From an uncultured Rikenella sp. (lineage in GTDB: Bacteria > Bacteroidota > Bacteroidia > Bacteroidales > VadinHA17): a stretch of 64,000 nt of DNA. Below are positions 1 to 10,215 of the stretch, piece after piece. Under the pieces are notes generated by a model. That model did not search any database. It had not been told where the DNA came from and worked only from the letters and a program-made list of their open reading frames with translations. Each line of letters starts with the position of its first letter. The stretch's first letter is position 1. The stretch covers positions 2,301-66,300 of the forward strand of contig CAZHZC010000013.1 in the NCBI GenBank assembly GCA_964537135.1, in the 5' to 3' direction. The position numbers and the translations under genes were made by a program.

Positions 1-25
1 TTTCTACAACTTTCATTAAATCCAT
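1..25 (-). CDS. 5' fragment of a gene running off the window edge, probably 50S ribosomal protein L19
   Basis: Minus strand reads ATG GAT TTA ATG AAA GTT GTA GAA (MDLMKVVE), resembling the Bacteroidales L19 N-terminus. TAnnTTTG box upstream. Only 8 codons visible. Confidence 0.4.
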
Positions 26-68
26 CACGCAAATCTATTTGTCTGATCTACTCGTTTTAAACAGGACG

Positions 69-76
69 CAAAGGTA
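69..76 (-). promoter_or_regulatory. Bacteroidota housekeeping -7 promoter box (TACCTTTG)
   Basis: Matches TAnnTTTG, 43 nt upstream of the ATG at 25. Confidence 0.6.
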
Positions 77-125
77 CAAATATTTTTATCGTATCTGCAA
101 ATAATTTATCGACTCATTTTGGGTG

Positions 126-1841
126 TCACTTCTCCTCCTGATCGGGTACTCTGAGCACGTCGCCATGGTCAACCACTATCCTCATCAGCCACTCCTGCGG
201 GTATCCCGGCCACTCTACCTTTGGCGAGATATACTTATACCCTTCGGGAACCGGTCTGACTGTCTTGGTATTTCCATCCATATATTTAACGAACAGGTAC
301 TTGTAAAGCTCCCTCCACTCTTTCACAGTATTATCGCCGGCATTGACTGAGTAGTTTGTAATCAGGTCTGTTGCCCTCTTTTCTGCTCCCCTGGCATTGC
401 TGCCAAGCAGTTCGGCAGCCTTTTCGTCTATCTCAACTGTCTCCCTGATATACTTCTGTTCAAGCTCTTTCTGTTTTGCCTGCAGGTCGGGGGTCATAAT
501 GCTTGCCCTGGTATACACGTAGTTGGTCACCTCGTTAAAGACCCAGAATGCCGCATCATAGCTGTAGGTCATCAGATCGCCATTGCCCACCTGGAATGAA
601 CGGGGTACTGATGTCATTCCGCAGTACATTGGTGAGTAGACTGTGTAGTAGGTATCATCAACACCGAACCACAGTATGCCGCCCACCGGGTCAGGCAGCC
701 ATGAGCGCGACTGTGATACGAATGAGAATGCTGTCTGCTGTGTTGATGTTGCTCTCTCATGTACATACTGCTTACCATCCACCTCCCATGTCATCGGTCT
801 CCACCGTACGGTGTTGGCGTAGGGTCCTGCACCAATATCCTTTGACATGTCCAGCGGTGTGTTCTGGTAGTAGTCTCTCATCATATCAAATACATCTTCA
901 AGGCTGAGCTTGTTGTCAGGCTTGATCCAGAGCGGCATCCTGTTTGTCAGCTCATGTCCCATGGCATAGTTGAGATAGCCACCCATATTGCTGTTCACCC
1001 TGTTAAAGCCTGCCCATACGCGTGCCTCACAGAAGCGTGCGCCGCTGAAGTCGACCGGCGCATAGACATCACTGAAGCTGAAGTCAGCATCATTGCCGCT
1101 GAACCATCCGCGGTTGCGGGCCACCTCCATCACGTCGGATGAATAGATTGTCTCAACCTCAGGGTTGTGTATCTTGCCCATCTCTGCGGAGGTGACAGAG
1201 CTTGTTCCGTTGGCCAGCGGGAAGGTCTGTATACGTGCCTGGTTGGCGTGACCTGAGATATATCCGTCAGGAATACGGCGTGCCACAAAGAGCATCCCTT
1301 TCTCTCCCGCCCCCTTGCCAATAACCTCCATGATCCATACCTCATGGGCGTCAGCAATGGAGAATGACTCACCTCCGCTGCAATATCCGTACCGCTCAGT
1401 GAGCGAAATCATTGTCTCTATCGCCTCACGTGCATTTTTTGCTCTCTGTAGTGTCAGGTAGATAAGGCTTCCGTAGTCAATAATACCGTCGGGGTTCATC
1501 AGCTCCCGCCGTCCCCCGTAGGTTGTCTCTCCTATAGCCAGCTGGTGCTGGTTCATATTGCCTACCACAGAGTAGGTCTCTGCTGCCTGCTCAATGGCGC
1601 CCTTGAATTTACCTGAGTCCCACTCATAGACATCAACAACAGTTCCTGCCTTGTACTTCATGGCGGGCCAGTAGTAGAGCTCTCCATAGAGCCCGTGTGA
1701 GTCAGCTGAATAGGTGATCATGGTAGAGCCATCCTTGCTGGCTCCCTTGGTGACCAGGAAGTTGGTACATCCATGGCTCTTCTCAGTGGCTGCAAACAGC
1801 ACGAGAAGAAAGCTCAAAATGAGTGAAGTGCTTCTTTTCAT
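126..1841 (-). CDS. C69 family dipeptidase (Ntn hydrolase), secreted
   Basis: Signal peptide followed by the N-terminal nucleophile motif CTNFLV; GNMNQHQLAIGETTYGGR and YISGHANQARI motifs. Confidence 0.9.
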   Translation of the reverse strand: MKRSTSLILSFLLVLFAATEKSHGCTNFLVTKGASKDGSTMITYSADSHGLYGELYYWPAMKYKAGTVVDVYEWDSGKFKGAIEQAAETYSVVGNMNQHQLAIGETTYGGRRELMNPDGIIDYGSLIYLTLQRAKNAREAIETMISLTERYGYCSGGESFSIADAHEVWIMEVIGKGAGEKGMLFVARRIPDGYISGHANQARIQTFPLANGTSSVTSAEMGKIHNPEVETIYSSDVMEVARNRGWFSGNDADFSFSDVYAPVDFSGARFCEARVWAGFNRVNSNMGGYLNYAMGHELTNRMPLWIKPDNKLSLEDVFDMMRDYYQNTPLDMSKDIGAGPYANTVRWRPMTWEVDGKQYVHERATSTQQTAFSFVSQSRSWLPDPVGGILWFGVDDTYYTVYSPMYCGMTSVPRSFQVGNGDLMTYSYDAAFWVFNEVTNYVYTRASIMTPDLQAKQKELEQKYIRETVEIDEKAAELLGSNARGAEKRATDLITNYSVNAGDNTVKEWRELYKYLFVKYMDGNTKTVRPVPEGYKYISPKVEWPGYPQEWLMRIVVDHGDVLRVPDQEEK

Positions 1842-1963
1842 CTTTAATGTAGGTTTTTAAGTTACTCTATTGTTAATATTTATCTCTCTTATTGTGTCTG
1901 TGCTACCCTGTCTTTACTGCTTATTCTCTCTTATTTTTTCTGTACTACTCTATTGTTACTGAT

Positions 1964-2716
1964 CTACAATACTACTCCACGCAGTATCTCAATTATTTCA
2001 GCGATACGCTCCTGGTCGGCACTCTTGAGGAGGTACTCTGACTGCAGCCTGGGATCTCCCATAAATATACCTTTTCTTCGGAATGTCATCATACTCTCCC
2101 TCTCCCGTCGTCCGGAGAGGTGGTACTCATGTGCCCCCGTGCTCACTGCCAGTGGGGCGGCATTATATTCATCGATACCGCCTCCGGGCATGATGATGAG
2201 TCTGCCGGCAGTGGCTGCGATCGCTGTTTTTATCAGCGCTGCGCCGGTCATCGCTGTCTTTGCCTGCCCTGATGTCAGGAGCCTCGCTGCTCCGGCAGCA
2301 ATGACATCCTCAAGCCCCTTTGTGGGGTTACGGCAGAGGTCGAATGCACGATGGAATGTGAGTGACATGGGTGCTGCATACTCAGCCAGCAGTGCTGTAC
2401 GGCCAACATCGATGGTACCGTCACTCAGCAGCATCCCGGTAACTATTCCGTCAGCGCCCGCCTCGCCTGCCAGCTCTATGTCGCGTCTCATGACGCTGAG
2501 CTCATTGTCATTGTAGAGGAAGTCGCCACGCCTCGGTCTTATGAGCACATGCATGGCTATACCGATGTTACGTCTCACCGACTCAATAAGTCCGGCACTG
2601 GGAGTGACACCCCCTTCGGCCAGGGCCGAGCAGAGCTCTACCCGTCCGGCGCCCGCAGCCTCTGCCACAACAGCTGACTCAACCGAATCAACGCATATTT
2701 CAACTACCAGCGACAA
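1964..2716 (-). CDS. cutC: Copper homeostasis protein CutC
   Basis: EICVDS, RVELCSAL.EGGVTPS, LIRPRRGDF, TFHRAFD and LLTSG motifs. Confidence 0.95.
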   Translation of the reverse strand: MSLVVEICVDSVESAVVAEAAGAGRVELCSALAEGGVTPSAGLIESVRRNIGIAMHVLIRPRRGDFLYNDNELSVMRRDIELAGEAGADGIVTGMLLSDGTIDVGRTALLAEYAAPMSLTFHRAFDLCRNPTKGLEDVIAAGAARLLTSGQAKTAMTGAALIKTAIAATAGRLIIMPGGGIDEYNAAPLAVSTGAHEYHLSGRRERESMMTFRRKGIFMGDPRLQSEYLLKSADQERIAEIIEILRGVVL

Positions 2717-2785
2717 TTCTTTTTATTGAGGCTTTGAAAGTAGATATTATTTAGATAATATTGCGTGACACAAAACATAAATCGA

Positions 2786-3685
2786 ATGAAACCTACACTA
2801 ATGGTACTGGCTGCCGGCATGGGCAGCAGATATGGCGGCAACAAGCAGCTTGACCAGGTTGGACCCTCAGGAGAGACAATCATTGACTACTCAATCTACG
2901 ATGCCAAGAGGGCCGGTTTTGGAAAGGTGGTCTTTGTTATCAGGCGTGATATTGAGGAGCAGTTCAGGGAGACCTTTGTGGAGAGACTGAAGGATGTGAT
3001 AGAGATCGATTATGTCTTCCAGGAGCTGGGCAACCTGCCTGCCGGGTACACACTGCCAGAGGGACGTACCAAGCCGTGGGGCACCAGCCATGCCATTCTT
3101 GTCACCGAGCCCAAGATAGCTGAGCCGTTCGGCGTCATCAATGCTGATGACTATTACGGCTATGACGCCTTTAAGGTGCTCTACCGGTTTCTGACAGAAG
3201 ACAGCAATGATACCAACTACTGTATCATAGGTTACCGTCTGGGCAACACCCTCTCAGACCATGGCAACGTCAACCGTGGTATCTGCCGGGTGAGTGAGAG
3301 CGGCTACCTTGAGCATATGGTTGAGACACGCGGCATAGGTAAGAGCGGGAAGGGGATCTTTGCACCTGACGCTGACGGTAAGGTGAACCAATATACCGGT
3401 GATGAGGTGGTCTCAATGAACCTGTTTGGATTCAAGCCCTCGGTCTACAGATACCTCAACCTGGAGTTCAGTAATTTTCTCAGGGAGCGCATCAGCGACC
3501 CCAAGGCTGAGCTTGACATACCCACCTCACTGGACAAGTTTGTGAAGAAGGGTGAGATAACCATACAGGTGCTGAGGAGTGAGAGCCGGTGGTTTGGTGT
3601 TACCTACCGTGAAGACAGGCCATTTGTTGTTGAGAGCATAAGGAAGATGGTTGATCAGGGTCTCTACCCTGAGAAACTTTTCTAG
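2786..3685 (+). CDS. Sugar-phosphate nucleotidyltransferase family protein
   Basis: LAAGMGSRYGG, KPWGTSHA and INADDYYG motifs. Start moved to ATG 2786 (MKPTLMVL). Confidence 0.85.
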   Translation: MKPTLMVLAAGMGSRYGGNKQLDQVGPSGETIIDYSIYDAKRAGFGKVVFVIRRDIEEQFRETFVERLKDVIEIDYVFQELGNLPAGYTLPEGRTKPWGTSHAILVTEPKIAEPFGVINADDYYGYDAFKVLYRFLTEDSNDTNYCIIGYRLGNTLSDHGNVNRGICRVSESGYLEHMVETRGIGKSGKGIFAPDADGKVNQYTGDEVVSMNLFGFKPSVYRYLNLEFSNFLRERISDPKAELDIPTSLDKFVKKGEITIQVLRSESRWFGVTYREDRPFVVESIRKMVDQGLYPEKLF

Positions 3686-3789
3686 AAAGCTATTCTGAGA
3701 AGAAATTCCGGGAAGCAATTCCAAAAAGATATAGTGAGAAGCGGTTCCGGGCAGCTATTCCAGAAGCTGGTCTGAGAAGTAATCTTTCC
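3674..3789. repeat. Degenerate 13-nt tandem repeat, about 9 units (consensus ~AAGCWATTCYGRG)
   Basis: Units at 3674, 3687, 3700, 3713, 3726, 3739, 3752 (12 nt), 3764, 3777, e.g. aagctattctgag / aagaaattccggg / aagcggttccggg / aagctggtctgag. Confidence 0.7.
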
Positions 3790-3795
3790 GTCACT

Positions 3796-5511
3796 TCACC
3801 ACCTGAAGGTGCTTCGTACGATGGTCAGGTTATCAGCGTTGTCACTTACCCTCAGCTCAATCTCATGCAGCCTGTTGTCACTGATATAATTTTTGTCAGG
3901 CCGGTATATCAGCAGGTTGTTTTTTGAGTCGTACTCAGCCAGGGCCCACTGGCCATCGATATAGATATCGTAACTCTTTATTCCGGAGAAATCATCACGT
4001 ATGGTTGCGGTCAGCAATGACCTGCCAGACAGGTCAGCCCCACCGGCAAATGAGAAGCTGGCAGTGGGAGGGATGGTATCAATGGCAACGGTATAGTCGC
4101 CCAGGCTGCCTATCTGTCCGGTCACATACCCATCCTTGTAGGTTCCGCCCGCATAGATAAGGGTTCCCTTTCTGTTTATGCGTGCCAGTGACAGTTTACC
4201 TTCCATACCGGTGATGATGGTGTCAGGTCTTACTGAGAGTGTAGGCCGGGCATGGAGAGCCACCCTCTCATCATGTACCGAGTGTATGGGTGCCAGGTGT
4301 CGTGATGTTCCCCTCCGGGTGCTGTACCTGAGCCAGAGGGTGTCATAGAGGGCTCCTGCAGGGAAGTTAACCCTTAGCCCCTCTGCGGTGAAGCTGTCAG
4401 CCCTGCCCCAGGGTATCATCCGTGTATAGTCCGGCATGAAGGGAGGCAGTGGCGGTTCGGTCTGTGCCTTCACCCTGAAGGCTACTGTCGAGATGTTGTT
4501 ATGGGCATCACTGACCACAACCTTTATCTCATGCTCACTGTTGTCATTAAACCGCAGCACCCCGCGCCACAGGTGTCCGTCATACATCGAGAGCCTGTCT
4601 CCTGGCTGAATATAAAGTCTCTGGATATTCTCACCGGTAGTGGCCTTTGCCTCATAGTCGATATGTGCGTTGATATAACGTGTCTCACCGTATGAGAAGC
4701 GGTCTGCCCTCCAGCCAAAGACCCTCATGCCATCAGCATAGAGATCAATAGTATATGCACCACACCTGTTGTTGCTGTTGTCGAAGGTATCCCAGCACTT
4801 GATCCCAATACCTGTCTCACCATAAATCACTGGTACGGCATCAGCTGCCAGGCGGTATGAACCGTCACCCGGCGCCGTGCGGAGCGTCAGCTTCTGGTGG
4901 CTGTTGTTGACTGCTGATGAGCGGGAAATGGGGTAGATAACCACCTTCTCTATGACCGGCTTCCTGGTATCCTTAACCTCAAAGCCGAGGGTGAGCGGAT
5001 TTACCGGCTCCTCCGTGGCTGAGTCGCGTATCTCAAAGTGCAGGTGTGGCCCTGTGGAGCTTCCGCTGTTGCCTGACCACGCTATCACCTCACTGCGGCT
5101 GACAGTAAACTGATTCTTCCCGGGAAAAAGTGACACTGTGAAGCTTTTGCTACGATACTGATTCTCTTTGACATACTCCTCAATATCAGGACGAAAGCTG
5201 CGCAGGTGTGCATAGACCGAGGTGTAACCCGACGGGTGTCTTACATAGAGCGCCTTGCCGAACCCTCCGGGGCTGACCCCCACCCGGTATACATAGCCTT
5301 CATCAACGGCCAGCACCTCCCTTCCCTGTACACCACCGGTACGGTAATCGAGCCCTGAATGAAAATGATCAGACCTCAGTTCGGCAAAACTGGCAGAGAG
5401 AGACGGGATGCCACTCAGTGGGCTGACAAATGAAACCTCTCCCGATGATTGGGGGTATAGCAGTATGGAACATGACACTGCAATAACGAATAGTGTGATT
5501 CTTCCGGACAT
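3796..5511 (-). CDS. M23 family metallopeptidase with C-terminal extension
   Basis: Signal peptide; HFHSGLD (HxxxD) and GPHLHFE (HxH) zinc motifs. Confidence 0.9.
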   Translation of the reverse strand: MSGRITLFVIAVSCSILLYPQSSGEVSFVSPLSGIPSLSASFAELRSDHFHSGLDYRTGGVQGREVLAVDEGYVYRVGVSPGGFGKALYVRHPSGYTSVYAHLRSFRPDIEEYVKENQYRSKSFTVSLFPGKNQFTVSRSEVIAWSGNSGSSTGPHLHFEIRDSATEEPVNPLTLGFEVKDTRKPVIEKVVIYPISRSSAVNNSHQKLTLRTAPGDGSYRLAADAVPVIYGETGIGIKCWDTFDNSNNRCGAYTIDLYADGMRVFGWRADRFSYGETRYINAHIDYEAKATTGENIQRLYIQPGDRLSMYDGHLWRGVLRFNDNSEHEIKVVVSDAHNNISTVAFRVKAQTEPPLPPFMPDYTRMIPWGRADSFTAEGLRVNFPAGALYDTLWLRYSTRRGTSRHLAPIHSVHDERVALHARPTLSVRPDTIITGMEGKLSLARINRKGTLIYAGGTYKDGYVTGQIGSLGDYTVAIDTIPPTASFSFAGGADLSGRSLLTATIRDDFSGIKSYDIYIDGQWALAEYDSKNNLLIYRPDKNYISDNRLHEIELRVSDNADNLTIVRSTFRW

Positions 5512-5527
5512 GGCATTATAAGAACTG

Positions 5528-5535
5528 CAAATCTA
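5528..5535 (-). promoter_or_regulatory. -7 promoter box (TAGATTTG) for the M23 gene
   Basis: TAnnTTTG, 16 nt upstream of the ATG. Confidence 0.6.
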
Positions 5536-5598
5536 AGTTTCTGTTGTCAAAGGACAAACTTAGCAGCCGCAATCTTTGAATAAAATGAAAAGAAATAT

Positions 5599-5606
5599 TA
5601 CTTTTG
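5599..5606 (+). promoter_or_regulatory. -7 promoter box (TACTTTTG) for the zapB-like/zapA operon
   Basis: TAnnTTTG, 17 nt upstream of ATG 5624. Confidence 0.6.
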
Positions 5607-5623
5607 CAATATAGTTGTCAGCC

Positions 5624-5917
5624 ATGAACGCGAAGAGATATGAAGAGTATCTTCAGCTCAGGAGATTGACGCAAGAGCTGATCTCCGCGTATGAGAAGCT
5701 GGAGAAGGAGACAGCCGGGTTGAGGGATAACCTGGCAGAGGTGAGGTGGCAGCTGGAGATAAAAAACGAAGAAGTAAAGGTACTTCAGACAAAATATGAA
5801 AGAGCTAAGTTCTCTGGATCGATTCTCGGTAGTGGGGAGGATGCCGTTACGGCCAGGAAGAGAGTGAGTGAACTTGTGCGGGAGATTGATAAATGTATTG
5901 CTCTTTTGGACAGATAA
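5624..5917 (+). CDS. Coiled-coil protein upstream of zapA (ZapB-like, conserved Bacteroidota hypothetical)
   Basis: Heptad-rich sequence, C-terminal RVSELVREIDKCIALL, position directly before zapA. Confidence 0.75.
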   Translation: MNAKRYEEYLQLRRLTQELISAYEKLEKETAGLRDNLAEVRWQLEIKNEEVKVLQTKYERAKFSGSILGSGEDAVTARKRVSELVREIDKCIALLDR

Positions 5918-5927
5918 TTATATAGCA

Positions 5928-6218
5928 ATGGATGATAAGCTATCGATCAGGGTAAACGTGGCCGACAGGTATTATCCGTTAAAAGTGGAGATTGAAAATG
6001 AGGAACGTATCCGCAAGGCAGCCAGAATGATTAACGAAAAGGTGCTGCAATATAAGCAGCGCTATGTTGACAAAGACACCCAGGACTTCCTGGCGATGGC
6101 AGCACTGCAGTACGTGATAAGACTCATTGAGATGGAGGAGAGGGATGATGATCCGTCACTTGAGGAGGGGTTGAGGGAGTTGGCCGGAATGATCGGATCT
6201 GCTCTGTCAAAAAGATAG
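5928..6218 (+). CDS. zapA: Cell division protein ZapA
   Basis: IRVNVADRYYPL..EEERIRKAA..IN..Y....D.QD.LAMAAL pattern. Start set to ATG 5928. Confidence 0.9.
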   Translation: MDDKLSIRVNVADRYYPLKVEIENEERIRKAARMINEKVLQYKQRYVDKDTQDFLAMAALQYVIRLIEMEERDDDPSLEEGLRELAGMIGSALSKR

Positions 6219-6244
6219 ATACACGTTCTTTAAAATAGCAGGAT

Positions 6245-6447
6245 ACTACCCGCATTGTTTCTTCATTCGTTTTTGGAAACTCAACAATTTGTACTTTGAA
6301 GCAAATCTTGCTCTGGATAGGACAGGCTGCAGCCCGGCTCGCCGGGATCCCGCTTGCGGGACAGCAGAAGCCCGAAACAGAACGGAAGCTTCAGCCATGT
6401 AGATATGGGGTTTTTTAAAAGCTGGAGAAACTCTGCGGGTTTTTTTT
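6245..6447 (+). ncRNA. ssrS: Probable 6S RNA (Bacteroidota type)
   Basis: Lies between zapA and rny, the known 6S position in this phylum. Ends pair: CCCGCA 6249-6254 with TGCGGG 6434-6439, extending to GTTTCT/GGAGAAAC. 3' U-tract at 6440-6447. Boundaries approximate. Confidence 0.7.
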
Positions 6448-6465
6448 AATAATAACAATAATACC

Positions 6466-8022
6466 ATGATCATAGCACAGATACCATTATGGGCCAGCGT
6501 TGCCATTGGTGCAACTGCCTTTATCGCAGGATTAGGATTGTCATTCTTCTTTTGGCAGCTGATCCTGCGTAACCGTAAGAAACGGATTCTAGCTGAGGCT
6601 GAGGCTGAGGCTGAAGTGATAAGAAAGGAGAAAATATTACAGGCAAAGGAGCGGTTCCTGCAGCTTAAGGCTGAACATGAAAAGGTCATCAATGAGCGCA
6701 ATAACCGGATAGGGCAGGCTGAGAACAAGATAAAACAGAGGGAGCTGACCCTCTCACAGAGGCTCGAAGAGGCACAGCGCCGTAAGAATGAGGCTGATGC
6801 CATACGTGAGAACCTGACCCAGCAGATGGGGCTGCTCGATAAACGTTCAGAGGAGGTGTCACGCCTCCACCGCCAGCAGGTGGAGCAGCTGGAAGCTCTC
6901 TCAGGCCTCTCTGCCGATGAGGCGAAAAACCAGCTGATGGAGTCACTCAAGGAGGAGGCTCACTCCAATGCCATCTCATATATCAATGAGATCATTGATG
7001 ATGCCAAGATGACTGCCAGCAAGGAGGCCAAGCGGGTGGTGCTGATGGCTATACAGCGTGTTGCTGCTGAGACCGCCATAGAGAATGCCGTTACCGTTTT
7101 TCATATTGAGAGTGATGATATAAAAGGACGTATCATAGGGCGTGAGGGACGTAATATCAGGGCGCTGGAGGCTGCTACCGGTATTGAGATCATCGTTGAT
7201 GACACACCGGAGGCGATCGTCCTCTCCGGGTTTGATCCGGTACGGCGCGAGGTAGCCAGGCTGGCACTGCATCAGCTGGTCACCGATGGGCGTATCCATC
7301 CGGCACGCATAGAAGAGGTGGTTGACAAGGTACGTAAACAGGTTGAGGAGGAGATTATTGAAACCGGAAAACGGACCGCCATTGACCTTGGCATCATGGG
7401 TCTCCATCCTGAGCTTATCAGGCTGGTGGGCAAGATGAAATACCGCTCATCATACGGACAGAACCTGCTTCAGCACTCACGTGAGGTGGCCAACCTGGCA
7501 TCGGTGATGGCAGCTGAGCTGGGACTCAACCCCAAGCTGGCCAAGAGGGCAGGACTGCTGCACGACATAGGCAAGGTGCCTGATGATGAGCCTGAGATGC
7601 CACACGCCCTGCTGGGGATGAAGCTGGCTGAGAGGTACAAGGAGAAGCCTGAGGTGGTCAATGCTATCGGGTCACACCATGATGAGACGGAGATGACCTC
7701 ACTGCTGGCACCCATAGTGCAGGTGTGTGATGCCATCTCGGGTGCACGCCCCGGAGCACGTCGTGAGGTGGTGGAGTCATATATCAAGCGGCTCAATGAG
7801 CTAGAGTCGGTGGCACTCTCATACCCCGGGGTGACCAAGACCTATGCCATACAGGCCGGCAGGGAGCTGAGGGTGATAGTGGGTGCAGACAAGGTGAGTG
7901 ACCAGGAGACCGAGAAACTTTCATTTGATATAGCACGTAAGATACAGAACGAGATGACCTACCCAGGCCAGATAAAGATCACTGTCATAAGAGAGACCAG
8001 GGCGGTTAATTATGCAAAATAA
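6466..8022 (+). CDS. rny: Ribonuclease Y
   Basis: N-terminal TM, coiled coil, KH domain ([13 protein letters not shown]), HD domain (LLHDIGK). Confidence 0.97.
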   Translation: MIIAQIPLWASVAIGATAFIAGLGLSFFFWQLILRNRKKRILAEAEAEAEVIRKEKILQAKERFLQLKAEHEKVINERNNRIGQAENKIKQRELTLSQRLEEAQRRKNEADAIRENLTQQMGLLDKRSEEVSRLHRQQVEQLEALSGLSADEAKNQLMESLKEEAHSNAISYINEIIDDAKMTASKEAKRVVLMAIQRVAAETAIENAVTVFHIESDDIKGRIIGREGRNIRALEAATGIEIIVDDTPEAIVLSGFDPVRREVARLALHQLVTDGRIHPARIEEVVDKVRKQVEEEIIETGKRTAIDLGIMGLHPELIRLVGKMKYRSSYGQNLLQHSREVANLASVMAAELGLNPKLAKRAGLLHDIGKVPDDEPEMPHALLGMKLAERYKEKPEVVNAIGSHHDETEMTSLLAPIVQVCDAISGARPGARREVVESYIKRLNELESVALSYPGVTKTYAIQAGRELRVIVGADKVSDQETEKLSFDIARKIQNEMTYPGQIKITVIRETRAVNYAK

Positions 8023-8101
8023 TAGAGGGTGGGAGTGAACCGTTATCCAGTGAGAGGGTGTGACATTTTCGGAACGTTCCGGAGGAGAGAGGAGGAGGGA
8101 A

Positions 8102-8142
8102 GAGGTAGGTGAGACCCCGGAGGAGGTAGGTGAGACCCCGGA
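8102..8142. repeat. Perfect 20-nt direct repeat, period 21 (GAGGTAGGTGAGACCCCGGA x2), in a purine-rich spacer
   Basis: Copies at 8102-8121 and 8123-8142. Confidence 0.9.
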
Positions 8143-8201
8143 CCGGGTACGTGAGGGAGAGAAAGCCGAAGGAGAGGTAGCTGACATATACCATGATATA
8201 G

Positions 8202-9362
8202 ATGGATAAGCTTAAGATCTTTAATATTGTTGGTGCCAGGCCTCAGATCATCAAGGCCTCAGCCATCAGCCGTGCTATTGCGGGACACTTTTCCGACCAG
8301 ATCACCGAGGTGGTGATACATACCGGCCAGCATTATGACCGTGAGCTGTCGGCGGTATTTTTCGATGAGCTGGAGATCAGGAGTCCAGACTATAACCTTC
8401 AGGTGGGCTCTGGCAGGCATGGCAGGCAGACCGGCCTGATCATGGAGCGTATGGAGGAGGTGATGCTCAAGGAGCGTCCCGACTGTGTCATCATTTACGG
8501 TGACACCAACTCAACACTGGCAGCTGCCCTGGCTGCCTCAAAGCAGCACTTCCCGGTGGTACATATAGAGGCTGGCATGAGGTCATTCAACAAGACGATG
8601 CCGGAGGAGCTGAACCGTATCATGGCTGACCACGCCTCAACGCTTCTGGTAGCTCCCACCAATACCGCTTTCAAAAACCTGATGACAGAAGGGTTTCATC
8701 CGGAGAATATGGCACCCTACAGCATCAATAACCCCCGTATCTTTCTCACCGGTGACATAATGTATGACAATGCCCTCTTCTATGCCGATCTGGCAGAGAG
8801 GAAGAAGCAGCTCTTCCTGGAGAAGCTGGGTGTCGCCGGGGAGAAGTTTGTGCTGGCCACCATACACCGCGAATCAAACACTGATAATCCTGAACGGCTG
8901 GATGCAATATTCACAACCATCAGGGCCCTCTCGGAGGAGAACTCGGTGCCTGTGGTTATGCCTCTCCACCCGAGAACCATAATAGCTCTTCGCAATAATA
9001 TCCCTGAGCTCTTTGCAGCTATCACCGATCATCCGCTGCTGAAGATTATCCCTCCGGTCTCCTACCTCGAGATGATACTCCTAGAGAAGAGGGCCGTAAT
9101 GATCATGACCGACTCAGGTGGTGTGCAGAAGGAGAGTCACTTCTTTTCGCGCCCCTGCATTGTACTGCGCAGGGAGACTGAGTGGGTGGAGCTGGTACGT
9201 AACGGTACCGTCATGCTGGCAGGTGCTGATCCGCAGAAAATACGGGAGATGTGGGATTACTTTATGAACAGCGGTGAGAACCTTAAATACCCCGGATTCT
9301 ATGGTGACGGTAAGGCTGCAATCACAATCCTCAATGAGGTGCTGGCGGTTTTCAGGAGCTGA
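8202..9362 (+). CDS. wecB: UDP-N-acetylglucosamine 2-epimerase (non-hydrolysing)
   Basis: GARPQIIK, HTGQHYD, GDTNSTLA, HIEAGMR, TDSGGVQKE motifs. Confidence 0.93.
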   Translation: MDKLKIFNIVGARPQIIKASAISRAIAGHFSDQITEVVIHTGQHYDRELSAVFFDELEIRSPDYNLQVGSGRHGRQTGLIMERMEEVMLKERPDCVIIYGDTNSTLAAALAASKQHFPVVHIEAGMRSFNKTMPEELNRIMADHASTLLVAPTNTAFKNLMTEGFHPENMAPYSINNPRIFLTGDIMYDNALFYADLAERKKQLFLEKLGVAGEKFVLATIHRESNTDNPERLDAIFTTIRALSEENSVPVVMPLHPRTIIALRNNIPELFAAITDHPLLKIIPPVSYLEMILLEKRAVMIMTDSGGVQKESHFFSRPCIVLRRETEWVELVRNGTVMLAGADPQKIREMWDYFMNSGENLKYPGFYGDGKAAITILNEVLAVFRS

Positions 9363-10215
9363 GCCGGTCAAGGACCAGGCGTGCCAGGTTACGTACTGAC
9401 GGGTTGTAGTCGCTGAGAAACTGACCGGTAACCCTGTTGGCTATGATCACACAGATAGATAGTGCCTTATGCCCCATCAGCCTGGAAAGGCCATAGATGG
9501 CTGAGCTCTCCATCTCATAATTGGTTATGCGTCCTCCGCCGTAACGGAAGGAGGTGATATTATCATTCAGCTCACTGTCAAAAGGTTCAAGCCTGAGCCT
9601 ACGGCCCTGCGGTGCATAGAACCCCGGTGATGAGATGGTTATCCCCCTGGTGATCTCCTCAGCCACCCTCTCCAGAAGATCCTCATCAGCAACCACAGCA
9701 TAGGGGTATGGCAGCGGGTCGGGCCACTCAAGGTGTGAGGCGAGCGCATCAGCCAGACCATGGTCAACACACCACTCATACCCTTCATAGAAGTGTAGCA
9801 CCCCGTCAAAGCCCACAGCCCTGGCGGTGGCAACAAAAGAGCCGGGCTCAAGATCAGCCTGCAGGCCGCCCGCAGTACCAATCCTCACTATTGTGAGTGA
9901 CCGTGGCTCATCAGCTGCCACCCCGCTCTGCAGGTCAATATTTACAAGTGCATCGAGCTCATTGAGAACTATATCTATGTTGTCTGTACCTATACCTGAT
10001 GAGATAATGGTTATATCATGCCCGCGATAGCTTCCGGTTATAGTGGCAAACTCCCTGTTTGACCTGCGTACCCTCACGTCGTCAAGCATCTCACCGATCA
10101 GCTCAACACGGGCAGGGTCACCTACCACAATAACCTTATCAGCAACCTCGCCGGGAAGCAGATGAAGGTGATAGATAGAGCCGTCAGGGTTGGTTATCAA
10201 TTCTGTCTTTTTCAT
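9352..10215 (-). CDS. Nucleoside phosphorylase (uridine phosphorylase/PNP family)
   Basis: VGDPARV, SSGIGTDNIDI, RIGTAG, NYEMESS motifs. Start set to ATG 10215, with TACTTTTG box at 10235-10242. Confidence 0.9.
   Translation of the reverse strand: MKKTELITNPDGSIYHLHLLPGEVADKVIVVGDPARVELIGEMLDDVRVRRSNREFATITGSYRGHDITIISSGIGTDNIDIVLNELDALVNIDLQSGVAADEPRSLTIVRIGTAGGLQADLEPGSFVATARAVGFDGVLHFYEGYEWCVDHGLADALASHLEWPDPLPYPYAVVADEDLLERVAEEITRGITISSPGFYAPQGRRLRLEPFDSELNDNITSFRYGGGRITNYEMESSAIYGLSRLMGHKALSICVIIANRVTGQFLSDYNPSVRNLARLVLDRLSS

Noticed and set aside
2765-2772. Third partial copy (TGTGTCAC, minus strand) of the peptide-locus motif upstream of cutC
   Set aside because: Only an 8-mer, no CGT-type -10 at the matching spacing, and it overlaps the region just before another gene start; likely chance.
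6246-6950. 234-aa minus-strand ORF, and the many other 60-200-aa ORFs antisense or frame-shifted within long genes
   Set aside because: Shadow ORFs of well-supported genes (here rny and the 6S region) with no recognisable motifs.
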